From an uncultured Actinomycetota bacterium (GTDB taxonomy: Bacteria; Actinomycetota; Actinomycetes; Propionibacteriales; Nocardioidaceae), in NCBI GenBank assembly GCA_963754575.1, contig CAVWGQ010000006.1, forward strand, positions 121,853-185,852: a stretch of 64,000 bases of DNA. The letters run 5' to 3'. Shown here in pieces: positions 63,610 through 64,000 of this stretch. The notes beneath the pieces were generated by a model, which was not told the DNA's origin, did no database searches, and was given only the letters and a program-made list of their open reading frames with translations. A program made the position numbers and the translations under genes. The number at the start of each line of letters is the position of its first letter. Positions within the stretch are counted from its first letter, which is position 1.

Positions 63610-64000
63610 GTGACGAGCGCCCCCCTGGAGTCCACCGACCGCCACATCCTCGAGCTGCTCGGGGCCGACGGCCGGATGTCCTACACCGACCTCGGCAAGA
63701 CCACCGGTCTCTCGACCTCCGCGGTGCACCAGCGGGTGAAGCGGCTCGAGCAGCGGGGACTGATCACGGGGTACGGCGCGACGGTCAACCACGACGAGAT
63801 CGGCCTGCCGCTGACCGCCTTCATCTCGATCACCCCCATCGACCCTGCGCAGCCCGACGACTACCCCCAGCGGGTGCGCGACATCGACGCGATCGAGTCG
63901 TGCTGGTCGGTCGCGGGGGAGGAGTCCTACATCCTCAAGGTGCGCGTCGCCACCCCCGGCGCCCTCGAGGACCTGCTCGCCCGGATCCGCGCCGCCGCCA
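63610..64000 (+). CDS. Lrp/AsnC family transcriptional regulator (3' truncated by window)
   Basis: D..IL.LL..DGR.SY.DL..GLS.SAV.QRVKRLE..G.I.GY; SVAGEESYILKV. Confidence 0.9.
   Translation, partial: MTSAPLESTDRHILELLGADGRMSYTDLGKTTGLSTSAVHQRVKRLEQRGLITGYGATVNHDEIGLPLTAFISITPIDPAQPDDYPQRVRDIDAIESCWSVAGEESYILKVRVATPGALEDLLARIRAAA

Overview
High-GC actinobacterial chromosome segment, Nocardioides-like by gene content and order (inference). It carries the conserved mshC-metH-trmI-arc-dop-pup-prcB-prcA-pafA-fkbp-pafB-pafC-tatAC-helY (Pup-proteasome) neighbourhood. Accessory DNA in the first 25 kb includes a class F sortase flanked by two repeat-rich surface proteins sharing a P[TS]AVDAG tail, an acyl-CoA dehydrogenase pair, a subtilase, a sulfatase and two tandem FN3/GH26-like genes beside tRNA-Leu(GAG). 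There are two IS481-family remnants. The standout signal is a dispersed repeat family at 33-51 kb: seven pairs of a 20-bp quasi-palindrome (G[CT]CGTTGG[GT]GACCAATCGGC), always 41 bp start-to-start with a variable 21-nt spacer. Two pairs bracket a DUF559/Vsr-like nuclease gene between prcA and pafA, and one copy is built into that gene's last codons. About eight single-base frameshifts, mostly in conserved genes, suggest sequencing or assembly indels, so split genes here should not be read as pseudogenes without checking reads. All family calls come from motif recognition by eye; no database search was run.
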